Assembly: GCA_965222225.1 (NCBI GenBank)
Contig: CBDCTK010000002.1
Location: 64,001-128,000, forward strand
Direction of reading: 5' to 3'
Length of the DNA: 64,000 nt
Source: Candidatus Poribacteria bacterium
Lineage (GTDB): Bacteria > Poribacteria > WGA-4E > JAJDTR01
Shown here: in pieces, positions 30,397-41,219 of the stretch
How the letters are laid out: the number at the start of each line of letters is the position of its first letter
How positions within the stretch are numbered: the stretch's first letter is position 1
Translations under genes and position numbers: made by a program
The notes under the pieces: model-generated
What the model was told of the DNA's origin: nothing
Seen by the model: the letters and a program-made list of their open reading frames with translations, nothing else
The model's database searches: none

Positions 30397-30414
30397 AACT
30401 AGCACCAGAGGTTA
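30397..30414. mobile_element. Solo IS end resembling the right inverted repeat of the IS at 34194-35165
   Basis: AACTAGCACCAGAGGTTA versus AACTAGCACCAAAGGTTA (17/18). Confidence 0.6.
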
Positions 30415-30496
30415 CTTAAGCGCTACATTTTTTGCCTCACCTTAACAAATCTCAAGTAATGTGTTGCGCAGTTATCAATAAGGAGGACTAATCAAC

Positions 30497-33400
30497 TTGG
30501 CTCGCTTAGAAGACTTACAACAAGGCGCTAACGTCAACGGCATATTGCCCAATCAACAGGTTACGGTCGTGAACGTGAATTGGTTCGGTAATTCCGTTAT
30601 TGAATTGACCTACAGGGACGCAAGTGGAAATCTCGGTAGCCAACTCATTTATCGCGATAATGAGCCGGAACTTGAAATTGTGACCGTAGGACGTCCGTGG
30701 AGTTTTGATGGCGACGGGGAGAAGTTCCGACTTGTCTCGGAAGCCTACCGCATAAAATTGGCACACCTTTTCGATCCGCGACTGGCGGTGCATACTTCGA
30801 ATGTCGATCCCTTGCCGCACCAGATAACGGCGGTCTATGAGGAGCTGCTGCCGCGCCAACCGCTTCGTTATCTGCTTGCCGACGACCCGGGAGCGGGGAA
30901 AACAATCATGACCGGGTTATATCTGAAGGAACTCCTGGTGCGAGGCGATTTAAAACGGTGCTTGGTCATCTGCCCCGGTAGCCTCGTTGAGCAGTGGCAG
31001 GACGAACTGTACCGACGCTTCCATTTCCGCTTCGAAATCCTTACGCGTGAGATGATAGAATCCGCACACACCTGAAACCCATTTGAAGAGCGGAACCTGC
31101 TCATCTGCCGACTCGACCAGTTAAGTCGAAACGACGATATCCAAGCGAAACTAGAACTAACCGACTGGGATATTATCGTCTGTGACGAAGCGCACAAAAT
31201 GTCAGCTTCATTCTCGGGCGGTGAAGTACATGCAACAAAGCGTTATCGGCTCGGTCAATTGGTCGGAAGACTCACGCGGCACTTTCTCTTGTTAACCGCA
31301 ACGCCGCATAACGGGAAGGAGGAGGACTTCCAACTTTTTCTCGCGCTATTAGACGCAGATCGCTTTGAGGGGCGTTTCCGCGATGGGGTCCATCTCGTGG
31401 ATACTTCTGACTTGATGCGCCGAATGGTCAAGGAGAAATTGCTGAAATTCGATGGTACGCAATTGTTTCCGGAACGCCTCGCTTACACAGTTAATTATGC
31501 GCTTTCAGATCGGGAAGTCCAACTTTACCATGCCGTGACGGAATACGTGCGTGAAGAGATGAATCGCGCCGACCGCCTAGAGGGCGGCGCCAGTAACGTG
31601 GTTGGGTTTGCACTGACCTCCTTACAGCGACGGTTAGCGTCCTCGCCAGAGGCGATTTATCGATCGATTCAAAGGCGCCGAGAGCGACTGGAGAAGCGGT
31701 TGCAGGAAGAGAAGACTCATCAACGTGGCGCAGAATCCCTGATAGACATGACGCAGATTCACTCCGCGTCAATATATGATGACGATGACGACCTGCCGGC
31801 CGAAGAGGCGGAGGCAATTGAGGAGGAAGTCGTCGACCGCGCTTCGGCTGCTAGGACAATTGCCGAACTTCAAAGGGAGATTCGGACGCTCCAACGCTTG
31901 GAAAATCTCGCGCAAGTGGTACGTCCCAGCAACACAGATCGGAAATGGGAGGAACTTTCTAGCCTGTTGCAGGGGCGCAGCGACGCATCCGCGTCTACTC
32001 AGTTATTTGACCGTCAAGGCGGCAGGCGCAAACTCATCATCTTTACTGAGTACCGTGACACCCTCAGTTACCTGAGCGACCGCATCCAAACCCTTATTGG
32101 TCGCCCGGAGGCTGTTGTCACGATTCACGGGGGCATCGGGCGCGAAGACCGGCGAAAGATCCAAGAGAAATTTGTCCACGACCCTAACTTGTGTTAATTC
32201 TACTCGCAACCGATGCCGCGGGTGAGGGAATAAACTTGCCACGCGCCCACCTGATGGTCAATTACGACCTACCTTGGAATCCAAATCGGGTAGAGCAGCG
32301 GTTCGGGCGCATCCACCGCATCGGTCAGACGGAGGTCTGCCATCTTTGGAACCTTGTAGCTTCAGAAACCCGCGAGGGGGATGTGTTTCACACGCTGCTT
32401 CGAAAATTGGAGCAGCAACGGGAGTCCTTGGGCGGCGCGGTATTCGATGTGTTGGGCAAGTGTTTCACCGACACACCTCTGCGATCACTGCTCTTAGGAG
32501 CTATTCGGTACGGCGACCAACCGGAGATTAGGGCGCGACTGACACAGAATATCGACAGCGCGCTTGATCGGGAGCATCTGCGGGAATTGATTGAGAAACG
32601 TGCCTTAACCCACGGAATAATTGACACCACGCGCCTAAACCGCATCCGCGAAGAGATGGAGCGCGCCGAAGCCCGTCGATTGCAACCGCACTACATCTCA
32701 TCCTTTTTCCGGGAAGCCTTTGCGTTGCTTGGCGGGAGGCTACAGGAGCGAGAATCAAAACGCTACCAACTTACGCATGTGCCGGCATCCATTCGCAATC
32801 GCGACCGTGTCATCGGCGTCGGCGAGCCGGTGCTGACTCAATACGAGCGTATCGCCTTTGAAAAAGACCTCCTCGCAGTTCAGGGGAAGCCGTTGGCAGC
32901 CTTCGTTTGTCCGGGGCACCCGTTGCTTGATTCGACGCTGGATCTCATTCTAGAACGCCACCGCGATCTCCTCAAGCGGGGCGCGGTGTTGGTCGATCCG
33001 CAAGGACAGAGCGACGATATTCGTGTATTGTTCTACCTTGAGCACAAAATCCAAGATGGTAGAGTCCATCCCGATGGCACCCGGTGGATTGTGTCACGGC
33101 AAATGCAGTTTCTTGAGATTGATGAGGATAACAGGGTTCGTCAGCCGGGATATGCGCCTTACCTCGACTACCGCCCGATAACTGATGACGAGCGCCAGCT
33201 TGTAACGACCGTGCTGGAAGCTGGTTGGCTAAGCGGCAGTCCGCAGTCGCAGATTATCGGGTATGCTGTGGAACACCTCATTCCGGAGCACCTCAGCGAC
33301 GTCAAAGCACACAAAGAGGAACTCGTTCAGAAAACGTTGGGAGCGGTTAGGGATCGACTCACGAAAGAGATTAACTATTGGGATCATCGGGCGCACCAAC

Positions 33401-34005
33401 TGAAACGAGACGAAGAAACTGGAAGACGCAACGCACGAATCAATGCGGGGCTAGCGAGGCAACGTGCCGATGATTTGACTGCTAGGCTTGAAAGGCGAAT
33501 GGAGGAGCTTGAGCGGGAACGTCAAATCTCCTCGTTACCTCCGGTCCCCATCGGCGGGGCGCTTGTCGTGCCGCAAGCCACCTTCGATCGGTTAAGCGGA
33601 GAGACAAATACTTCCGTCGAAACCTCGGACCGTGAGCGGATTGATCGGTTGGCGGTGGCTGCCGTTATGGAAGCGGAACGCGGACTTGGGCGGGAGCCGA
33701 GAGAGATGGCACATGAGAATCCCGGTTATGACATTGAGTCCAAGGATCCGAGCGGCAACAGACTGCTGTTCATTGAGGTTAAGGGAAAAGCGGTTGGTTC
33801 GACCACGCTCACCGCTTCCAAGACGCAAATCCTAACGGCGCTCAACAAACCCGACTCGTTCATCGCTATCGTGCTGGTAGACGGCGATTCTGCCAACGGA
33901 CCGCGCTATGTCCGACAACCGTTTGAAAAAGAACCGGATTTTGCCGCGACAAGCGTCAATTGTGAACTCAGTGAGCTACTCGCCCGCTCCGAACCGCCGA
34001 ATTAG
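30497..34005 (+). pseudogene. SNF2-family helicase with C-terminal DUF3883-like nuclease domain; in-frame TGA at 31073 and frameshift at about 32190
   Basis: LLADDPGAGKT, DEAH (in the read-through segment), LTATPH, ATDAAGEGINL, WNPNRVEQRFGRIHRIGQ, GYDIES...FIEVKG. Confidence 0.88.
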
Positions 34006-34193
34006 CTTTTGCGGTTACGGTTGCTAGTTTAATGGGACAGCGCAAATCGACACCCATCCCGTCAAAGTGTAGGTTTTCCGACAGAGACAAATCGACAAAT
34101 TCAGATTTGACGGTATCATTTAACGAGATGGCTTCCATCGGAATTATCTAATGCTCGTGACGTTTCCAAAATTTCAGAAATGATGCTTATATA

Positions 34194-35165
34194 ACCAATG
34201 GTGCTAGTTTGAAATTTGGAGGTTAATAAGCATAACATTCCCTTTTGGCTTTGCTTTAACGCGAAAGGTATCAGGGCATGAGACGATTTCCTCGATTCTA
34301 CCGTTAATTTGAGTATCGGTAGCTATCAAATAACGGGAGGAAATCTAGACTCATGACCATAGTAGATTTTATCACAGAACTGTTTTGTTGTGTTGATGAT
34401 AAACTCTCACAGCACGGTAAAAACCATAAGCATAGCCAAGCCAAACTTTACCCGTCTGAAGTGGTTACCATTGCCATGCTCTTTGCGCTCAAGGGTGTGG
34501 GTAATCGAGCCTCCTATCGCTGGATAGCGAACAATTTCAAATCCTTATTTCCGATGTTACCCGAGCGTACCCGATTGTTCCGCTTATTCGACGGGCATCA
34601 ACATCTCATTGACGTTTTTATGGCGAATCCTTCGCTTATCGGTGGAATTGACACGTACGGTATTGAATTGATTCACCCGCGCCGAGAAGGGCGCTCTAAA
34701 CGTCAAATCGGACGCAAAGGCATTTCCAACCAACGATGGATTGTAGGTGGAAAACTTTGCTTGCTACACAATCATCTCGGACTGATTGTCAACTGGGACT
34801 GCGACACTGCCAATGTACATGATGGGAGTGCCTTCCAACATCTCGTTGATGGGGTCAGTGACCAGATGGTTGTTTTTGCCGATGTAAATTTCGCCAAAGC
34901 GGATTGGTTCCCTTCCAACTTGCGTCTGTGCCGACGTGGCGAGTGGAATTCTCGGATGCTGGTAGAAACGATTTTGTCCATGTTGACGCTAGTGTGCCAT
35001 TTTAAGAAAGTCATGCACCGTCGTTGGAGTTACTTCAAAACGCGAGTCGGCTTTACAATGGCTTTGTTCAATCTCTTGGTACAGTGGAATGGATTGTCGA
35101 TTGACGACGATGGCTTTGTGCCTCTGTCAATAGCTCAATTCAGTCTCTAAACTAGCACCAAAGGT
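34194..35165 (+). mobile_element. IS982-family-like insertion sequence, 972 bp
   Basis: Inverted repeats ACCAATGGTGCTAGTTT and AAACTAGCACCAAAGGT, flanked by TATATA on both sides. Confidence 0.85.
34353..35150 (+). CDS. DDE transposase
   Basis: ITELFCCVDD, LYPSEVVT, LPERTRLFR, IDTYG, VFAD, RMLVET. Confidence 0.85.
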   Translation: MTIVDFITELFCCVDDKLSQHGKNHKHSQAKLYPSEVVTIAMLFALKGVGNRASYRWIANNFKSLFPMLPERTRLFRLFDGHQHLIDVFMANPSLIGGIDTYGIELIHPRREGRSKRQIGRKGISNQRWIVGGKLCLLHNHLGLIVNWDCDTANVHDGSAFQHLVDGVSDQMVVFADVNFAKADWFPSNLRLCRRGEWNSRMLVETILSMLTLVCHFKKVMHRRWSYFKTRVGFTMALFNLLVQWNGLSIDDDGFVPLSIAQFSL

Positions 35166-35390
35166 TATATACGAACACCCAACCGGTAAGTCTGCGACAG
35201 AATCCCTTTTAGAGAATTTGGGGTGTAATGGAATCCTCTATATGCAGCTTAAACCCCTTAATCTTGCCTGCATAGCCTTTACATGTTACAATAACGAGGC
35301 GTGGGAGAGTCGCTGTGACTAACAGACGGATAGTATTGTGATATCAGGAAGTTTAAGCGAGATAGAATACTTAACTGAGCCTAGAAAACC

Positions 35391-38300
35391 ATGACTGTAC
35401 TCGAATTTGTACTCATCGCCTACAAGGAAATAGGCACCGCTGCTTCAATCGTTGGTGGAGTCGACTCGGCACTAAGGCGCTTCTGCAAATGTACAGCAGA
35501 GGGCCTTTTTAAGAAATGCTTTGTTGCTGCTGTAAGGCGAAACGCATCAAACCTGGCTAATCTCACTGCGACTGCAGATCCAAAATCCGTTGAAGTAGAC
35601 GACCAAATCCTCAAGTGCCGGATTGTCTCGCTTAAGGATATTGAGATCTCGACTATAACGTCGCTGGAAGAAGAGGAAAGACTCGCAAAAATTACCGCCC
35701 TCTTTCGCGACTGCATCATTCTACCCGGTCACCAATTGACAGATTTCAATCTTGACCAGAGAATTCGGCCTGTTCTTGCAGAGACCATCGCTGATTTCTA
35801 TAATCAACTGCCGTTTAATCAAGGCGCGTTCAATCAGATTATCCTTGAATTTATCCAAAATATCAACACCAATCAGTCAGAATCACGCGCACTGTTTGAG
35901 GCCTTCTTGGAAGAATTCGAGAAGGCGAAATTAGAAGTTCAGGAACGTTTAATCGAATACACCCGAGCCATTAAGAATGACACCGACGAGATTAAGGAAA
36001 CGACCCAAGCAAACCTTGATTTAAACCGAGAAATAAGCGCACAATTCGCCGTCCTTTCAACGCAGGTGCAGGGCCTTTCAAGCAACCACTCTAATGTTAG
36101 TATACCGGAGGCCGTTGCAGCAGAACGTCAACCAGAAATAGACAATGCACGGGATTTACTCAGGCAACGTAGACCTGCTGCCGCTCTGGAGCTATTGGAA
36201 AAACTAAAGCAACGTATCTGGACAGACGCTTCGTTGAGTACAAGATTCCGCATTCTAACAAATATTGGGGCAGCTAAACTTGCTCTCAATAGGGAACACG
36301 AGGCGGCAATGTTGCTGCTTAAAGCATTCCAATATAATCCAGAAGAGGAAAAAGCCATTTCTAATCGTGCTTTGGCTCATTTCTTACTGGGAGAAGTTGA
36401 GGAGGCAGCGCGCTTTGCGAAAAAGACACTGGAACAGAATCCAGCGAACATAGATGCCTATGTTGTTCTCGTTGGTGTCTCGGCGGACGTAGAAACGCTT
36501 CAAGACATTATCGCTAACGTCCCCGAATATTTACGGGAATCGCCGCAGATTGCTCAGGCAATCAGCGAAATAGCTAGACAACGCAAGGATTTTGAACAAG
36601 CGATAAAATGGGGCGAAACGTCGGTGAGTCGTGCTCAAGACGGGGTGGCTAATTATCAAGCTGCGCTGGCAAGAATCTTGGTTGAGCAGATATTGAATGA
36701 CCGCTCCGCCATTTTAACTCAACAGCTTGACGATTCTCGTAAGGAAAGGTTGAAGCGAGCTGTTGAACTTTTTACGGAAGCATGGAATAGCGTAGATAAT
36801 ACTGAAATGCGCACGGTTGAAACGGATTGGATTATCTGGAAAAGCACAGCACTTGACCTTCTTGGAGAGTACTCTGCGGCGATTGAGGCCATCAACACAG
36901 CCATCCAGATTGAACCTGATTACCTTGTCCTATTTATGAAGCGGGCATTGTTAGCCTTTAAACAGGAAGATTATTGTGGTTGCATTGGATTCTTGGAAAC
37001 AATCCAGTCGGCTCCGGAAACCCCTGAAGCTCCCATCTTGCTTGCCAATATCCTATTGGTTGTTGAACGCTTAGAAGAAGCCATTACGAAACTCAATGAC
37101 TTCTTGATGACAGATCCAAAAACGCCACTTCGAGAAGAGGCAAATCGCTTACTGATTAAGGTGTACGTTGCTCATGGGGATTTTGACAAGGCACGAGAAA
37201 TCTCTGCAACCATGCGAGAATCTTCGCCAACGAGCGTGCCGTTCCTTATTGATGCTGCTAGGATTGCTATAGCAACTGGCAATCGCGATGAAGCGCTGTC
37301 GCTGCTTGAAGAAGCATACGGCTATGCCGGAAGCAGTGAAGTATTCCAAGAGATTTCGGAATTGGCCAACGAACTTTTCAACTATAAAGAATTTAACAAA
37401 GCCGCGACACTGTACGAAAAAATCGCCGACACGCGCCTGAACTCCCAATGGACACGGATTCTACTTGAGAGTTATTATCACTCGGGGGAAAGAAAAAAGA
37501 CGCTTGAGATTTGTCAATCCCTTCGCGAGAAGTACGGGCCACTTGAGAAAGTAACCGCAATGGAGTTCCTGATCTACGACGAAATCGGCGATATGAATCA
37601 GGCTCGGGCAGTGGGCGAGATGTATGTCAACGCATTTCCAAGCGATATTGAGATGCAAATCCGTCTTGCTGTTGTCTACTCCTGCTCTAACAACATTAGC
37701 GAACTTGATTGTGTTTTAGATAAGTCATTTGACCTCGAAAGTCTCACTTTGCGATCGTATTTCGACCTTGCTCATTTGTATCAAATCAGATCTAAACCGC
37801 AAAGAGCGTTAGACATTATGTACGAGGCGCGAAGAAGGAATTATGCTAATGAAGAAGCGCACCTGAAATACATCGGATCATTCTTGCAAGTCGACAAGCA
37901 AATAGGTGAATTGCTTGATCCTAATGAGGTTCAGCCCGGAACGGCTGTGTGCCTCGAAAATGCCGGTCAAACGAACTGGTATATCGTTGAAGAGCGCGAG
38001 AATGCACACCTCGAACGCAAAGAACTTAACGTCGATCACCCGCTAGCTCAACGGCTACTTGGCAAAACGGTAAATGACAAAGTGTGTCTTCAGCAAAACC
38101 TCGTCAGCCAACAGACTGGAAAAATCACCGAAATCAAGAGTAAATATGTCTACGCATATCAGGACAGTCTACGTACAATACCTGAACTATTTCCAGATGT
38201 CACAGGGTTTGGCGTGATAAAATTAGACGAATCTCCCGAGACCGATGATTCAGAGAAGATACGGCCGATATTAGACTTTCTTGACCGGCAAGACGAAACT

Positions 38301-39425
38301 TCGCGCCAAATGGAAGAATTTCACAAAGAACATGCGTCGCCGATTGGTACCTTTATGAGTTGCACAGGGCGCGATTTCTTAGATATGTGGAGCTTCCTGA
38401 TGAACAAACCTGACTTGGGCATAAGGTGTAGTGCGGGAGATCTTGAAGAAAGTATACAGGCGCATAACTTGCTTGAAAATCCAGTGTCCAAAATCATCGT
38501 CGACCCCATCTCACTTCTGACCATACATCGCCTAGGAGCCGCCGATACCGTCGTCAGAGCATTTGGAAAACTCGGGATCGCACAATCGACCATTGACGAA
38601 CTTCAGTATATCATCAATGAAAGAGAAGGAATGTGGTCGGAACGGGAGCATATGAATGTCGGGAAAGAAGGAGACCGTTATGTAAAATCTGTCATCACCC
38701 CGGAGGCAGTTAGAAGAGATATTGAAGACCTAAAAGGCATCGTCAATTGGATTTGGGGAAATTGTGATATTCTGCCATGCAGCGCTGCACTAGAGATAAA
38801 CCATCATTCCAGACAGAAACTCAATGATTTATTTCAAGCAGTTTTTATTGATACTCTCCTAATCTCAAGTGAGCCTGGATACTTGCTCCTATCGGACGAT
38901 GAACGGCTCAGATCCTACGCAAAAACAAACTTTAGTGTGGACGCGGGCACAAACTTGCGTGTTGACGGCGTCTGGACACAAGCTGTGTTGGAACACTGTG
39001 TCAATGAACATCTCTTGGATAAGGCCGAGTATGACAAGATGATAATCAAGTTAGTGTGCTCTCACTACTATCATACGGTATTTGATGCGGACGTGCTAAT
39101 GGAAGCAGCAGAACAATCGAACTGGATTCCTTCTGAACCGTACACTACGTTAGTACAAACACTCGCAGATCAGGATGCCCTTCATTGTTCAGCACTAGAT
39201 GTCGCTGCTAATTTTCTCTATCGACTATGGACAAAACCGATACTGCCCTGTGTTCCGGATCATCTGACTTTGGCATTATTGGATGGGCTTACCTCGGGGC
39301 AGAGGACCCAGACAGTCTTGAAACCTTTTATAAAGAGGCTTCACACGAGACTTTCACTGTACCCCTCGGCTAAACAAGATATTTTTTCTCTGATTGAGGC
39401 CTATGTTTGGACCCGTCCGATCTAG
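35391..39425 (+). CDS. TPR / GreA-GreB C-terminal-like / PIN domain protein (putative antiphage effector)
   Basis: Long TPR array; HPLAQRLLGKTVND (GreA-C-like); PIN motifs IIVDPISL and LLLSDDERLR. Confidence 0.8.
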   Translation: MTVLEFVLIAYKEIGTAASIVGGVDSALRRFCKCTAEGLFKKCFVAAVRRNASNLANLTATADPKSVEVDDQILKCRIVSLKDIEISTITSLEEEERLAKITALFRDCIILPGHQLTDFNLDQRIRPVLAETIADFYNQLPFNQGAFNQIILEFIQNINTNQSESRALFEAFLEEFEKAKLEVQERLIEYTRAIKNDTDEIKETTQANLDLNREISAQFAVLSTQVQGLSSNHSNVSIPEAVAAERQPEIDNARDLLRQRRPAAALELLEKLKQRIWTDASLSTRFRILTNIGAAKLALNREHEAAMLLLKAFQYNPEEEKAISNRALAHFLLGEVEEAARFAKKTLEQNPANIDAYVVLVGVSADVETLQDIIANVPEYLRESPQIAQAISEIARQRKDFEQAIKWGETSVSRAQDGVANYQAALARILVEQILNDRSAILTQQLDDSRKERLKRAVELFTEAWNSVDNTEMRTVETDWIIWKSTALDLLGEYSAAIEAINTAIQIEPDYLVLFMKRALLAFKQEDYCGCIGFLETIQSAPETPEAPILLANILLVVERLEEAITKLNDFLMTDPKTPLREEANRLLIKVYVAHGDFDKAREISATMRESSPTSVPFLIDAARIAIATGNRDEALSLLEEAYGYAGSSEVFQEISELANELFNYKEFNKAATLYEKIADTRLNSQWTRILLESYYHSGERKKTLEICQSLREKYGPLEKVTAMEFLIYDEIGDMNQARAVGEMYVNAFPSDIEMQIRLAVVYSCSNNISELDCVLDKSFDLESLTLRSYFDLAHLYQIRSKPQRALDIMYEARRRNYANEEAHLKYIGSFLQVDKQIGELLDPNEVQPGTAVCLENAGQTNWYIVEERENAHLERKELNVDHPLAQRLLGKTVNDKVCLQQNLVSQQTGKITEIKSKYVYAYQDSLRTIPELFPDVTGFGVIKLDESPETDDSEKIRPILDFLDRQDETSRQMEEFHKEHASPIGTFMSCTGRDFLDMWSFLMNKPDLGIRCSAGDLEESIQAHNLLENPVSKIIVDPISLLTIHRLGAADTVVRAFGKLGIAQSTIDELQYIINEREGMWSEREHMNVGKEGDRYVKSVITPEAVRRDIEDLKGIVNWIWGNCDILPCSAALEINHHSRQKLNDLFQAVFIDTLLISSEPGYLLLSDDERLRSYAKTNFSVDAGTNLRVDGVWTQAVLEHCVNEHLLDKAEYDKMIIKLVCSHYYHTVFDADVLMEAAEQSNWIPSEPYTTLVQTLADQDALHCSALDVAANFLYRLWTKPILPCVPDHLTLALLDGLTSGQRTQTVLKPFIKRLHTRLSLYPSAKQDIFSLIEAYVWTRPI

Positions 39426-39433
39426 AAAAAGAA

Positions 39434-39660
39434 GTGATTGACATCAATCTGACCGTTGAACTAACAACCGATCAGGTTGTGGATTTTGTTCAGCAGATGC
39501 CACCTGAAAAGAGGTAAACGCTGCTGCTTACCATTGTAGAGCAGGCAGCGGCGAATGGAACGGCACGTATGGCGCGTGCCGAATTACAGTTTCGGCAGTT
39601 ACGTGCAGCGCAAGGGATGAATTGGGACACAATGACCGAACCAGAACGCGAAAACTTCGT
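39434..39660 (+). pseudogene. Degenerate copy of the small antitoxin-like gene at 47284..47541
   Basis: High nucleotide similarity to 47266-47502; CAA>TAA at 39515. Confidence 0.8.
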
Positions 39661-39805
39661 TACAGGTTTGTCCGACTCAAACGTTAAGGTAACGATTGAT
39701 ATCGAAGCCACTTTTGGAGACGGCATGCCGGAAGATCTGGAACGCAGCCTAACCGAGAACTGCCGCACCCTAAGATTCAACACACAAGAATTCGAAGACG
39801 AATAG
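39661..39805 (+). pseudogene. C-terminal fragment of a DUF499-family ATPase
   Basis: NVKVTIDIEATFGDGMPEDLERSLTENCRTLRFNTQEFEDE*, matching the recalled DUF499 terminus (VTLEIEA...TVTENCRTLKF...FE). Confidence 0.7.
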
Positions 39806-39821
39806 GCTATAGGCGGCGCCT

Positions 39822-39944
39822 CGGGTAAGCGATGCGTCTCCCACTTGGAGTCCAGCCCCCCTGGCAGTTTCATCATCGGGGAGGCTGGTGACACAATGGG
39901 GAGATGTCAAAGAGAGCGCCAAGTTACTCTCAACCGTCAAATGA
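39822..39944 (+). pseudogene. 3' remnant of a TolB-like paralogue
   Basis: RVSDASPTWSPAPLAVSSSGRLVTQWGDVK, matching the ends of the next two genes. Confidence 0.8.
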
Positions 39945-39958
39945 TAGGAGAATCGAAA

Positions 39959-40975
39959 ATGAGATGCAAATCGCTGGAGAGACACCGGCCCTACGTGCGA
40001 TTTTGTCTGTTTCTTATCGTAGTATGTCTGCTTGCCACATTGGCAGATCTCGCGCTCGCGGTAGAGGGAAAGATTGCTTTCACGTCAAACCGCGACGGCG
40101 AGGAAGCAATCTATATTATGGACGGTGATGGCGGAAATCCATTCAAACTTACTGAAGGATCTAATCCTTCTTGGCTGCCTGACGGGCAGTCAATTAGCTT
40201 TCTCTACGGGGGCGGCCTATGGGTGACTGACCTCAACGGTTCAACTCGGCAGAATCTCACCAAGGGTAGAATCCATTTTTCCTCTCCTGCTGCTTGGTCG
40301 TCCGATGGGAAACAGATTGGCTACTGGGGGAATCTCGCCGGAATCATGGGTGTCTACACGATGAATGCCGATGGACGAGGCTCTCGACTCATAGCAGAAG
40401 GGCTCCTCCTCCACGATGACACGCTGAGTTGGTCTAGTGACGGCAACAGAATCGTCGGCGCGCCGGTGCGGCTGATTAAAAACGGGTTTGGATCGGACAT
40501 AGTCGTGATGAATGCCAACGGTGCCAACGGCATGAACCTTACCAACGACCTGCGTGCCAGGAATATTAACCCTAGTTGGTCACCGAACGGAAAGTACATT
40601 GCATACGTCGCATCGCCCGACCCATTTCGATGGTGGCCGCCGCACAACGTCCACGTGATGAATGCGGACGGAACAAATCCGGTTATGCTTACAAAGGAAG
40701 ACCGATGGGCTTACGAATGGAATCCTACGTGGTCGCCGGACAGCAAGAAAATTGCCTTTGTCAAGCAAACACCGGATGGTTTTCACGACGTCTTTACGAT
40801 GAACGCCGATGGAAGCGAACTTATAAACATCACGCAAACGCATCGGGTAAGCGAGGGGGCTCCCGCATGGAGTCCAGCCCCGCAGGCAGTTTCATCAAGA
40901 GCAAGACTGATAACCCAATGGGGGGATGTCAAACAGGGCACTGGCCTGCACCAGCGCGTCCATAGTGAGGATTGA
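39959..40975 (+). CDS. Secreted TolB-like (PD40) beta-propeller protein
   Basis: Signal peptide, KIAFTSNRDG, PxWSPDG repeats, C-terminal AVSSRARLITQWGDVK; AGGAG RBS before 39959. Confidence 0.88.
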   Translation: MRCKSLERHRPYVRFCLFLIVVCLLATLADLALAVEGKIAFTSNRDGEEAIYIMDGDGGNPFKLTEGSNPSWLPDGQSISFLYGGGLWVTDLNGSTRQNLTKGRIHFSSPAAWSSDGKQIGYWGNLAGIMGVYTMNADGRGSRLIAEGLLLHDDTLSWSSDGNRIVGAPVRLIKNGFGSDIVVMNANGANGMNLTNDLRARNINPSWSPNGKYIAYVASPDPFRWWPPHNVHVMNADGTNPVMLTKEDRWAYEWNPTWSPDSKKIAFVKQTPDGFHDVFTMNADGSELINITQTHRVSEGAPAWSPAPQAVSSRARLITQWGDVKQGTGLHQRVHSED

Positions 40976-41065
40976 TGATAAAACGGACTACGAAAATGTT
41001 AAAATTTGTGATAAAATGTGACATAATGTGATGTAGTTCCGTGTTGGAGACCACTTCCATTCTAG

Positions 41066-41161
41066 ATGTTCTGTCAGTCTCTTATCGTGACCTGCCTTCT
41101 TGCAGTATGGGTAAGTTTAGGACAGGCGATAAACGGGAGAATTGCCTTTACGTTAGACCGA
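41066..41161 (+). pseudogene. 5' remnant of a TolB-like paralogue
   Basis: SLIVTCLLAVWVSLGQAINGRIAFTLDR, after which similarity stops. Confidence 0.65.
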
Positions 41162-41219
41162 GCACCATGTTGCTCTCAATCGGTGAAAGCCACTATTGGT
41201 AATGAAAGGAGTCCCGAAA

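Noticed and set aside
31073-31075. TGA read-through (selenocysteine or Trp) in the helicase
   Set aside because: Most simply GGA>TGA; the gene has a second lesion and its partner genes are fragments.
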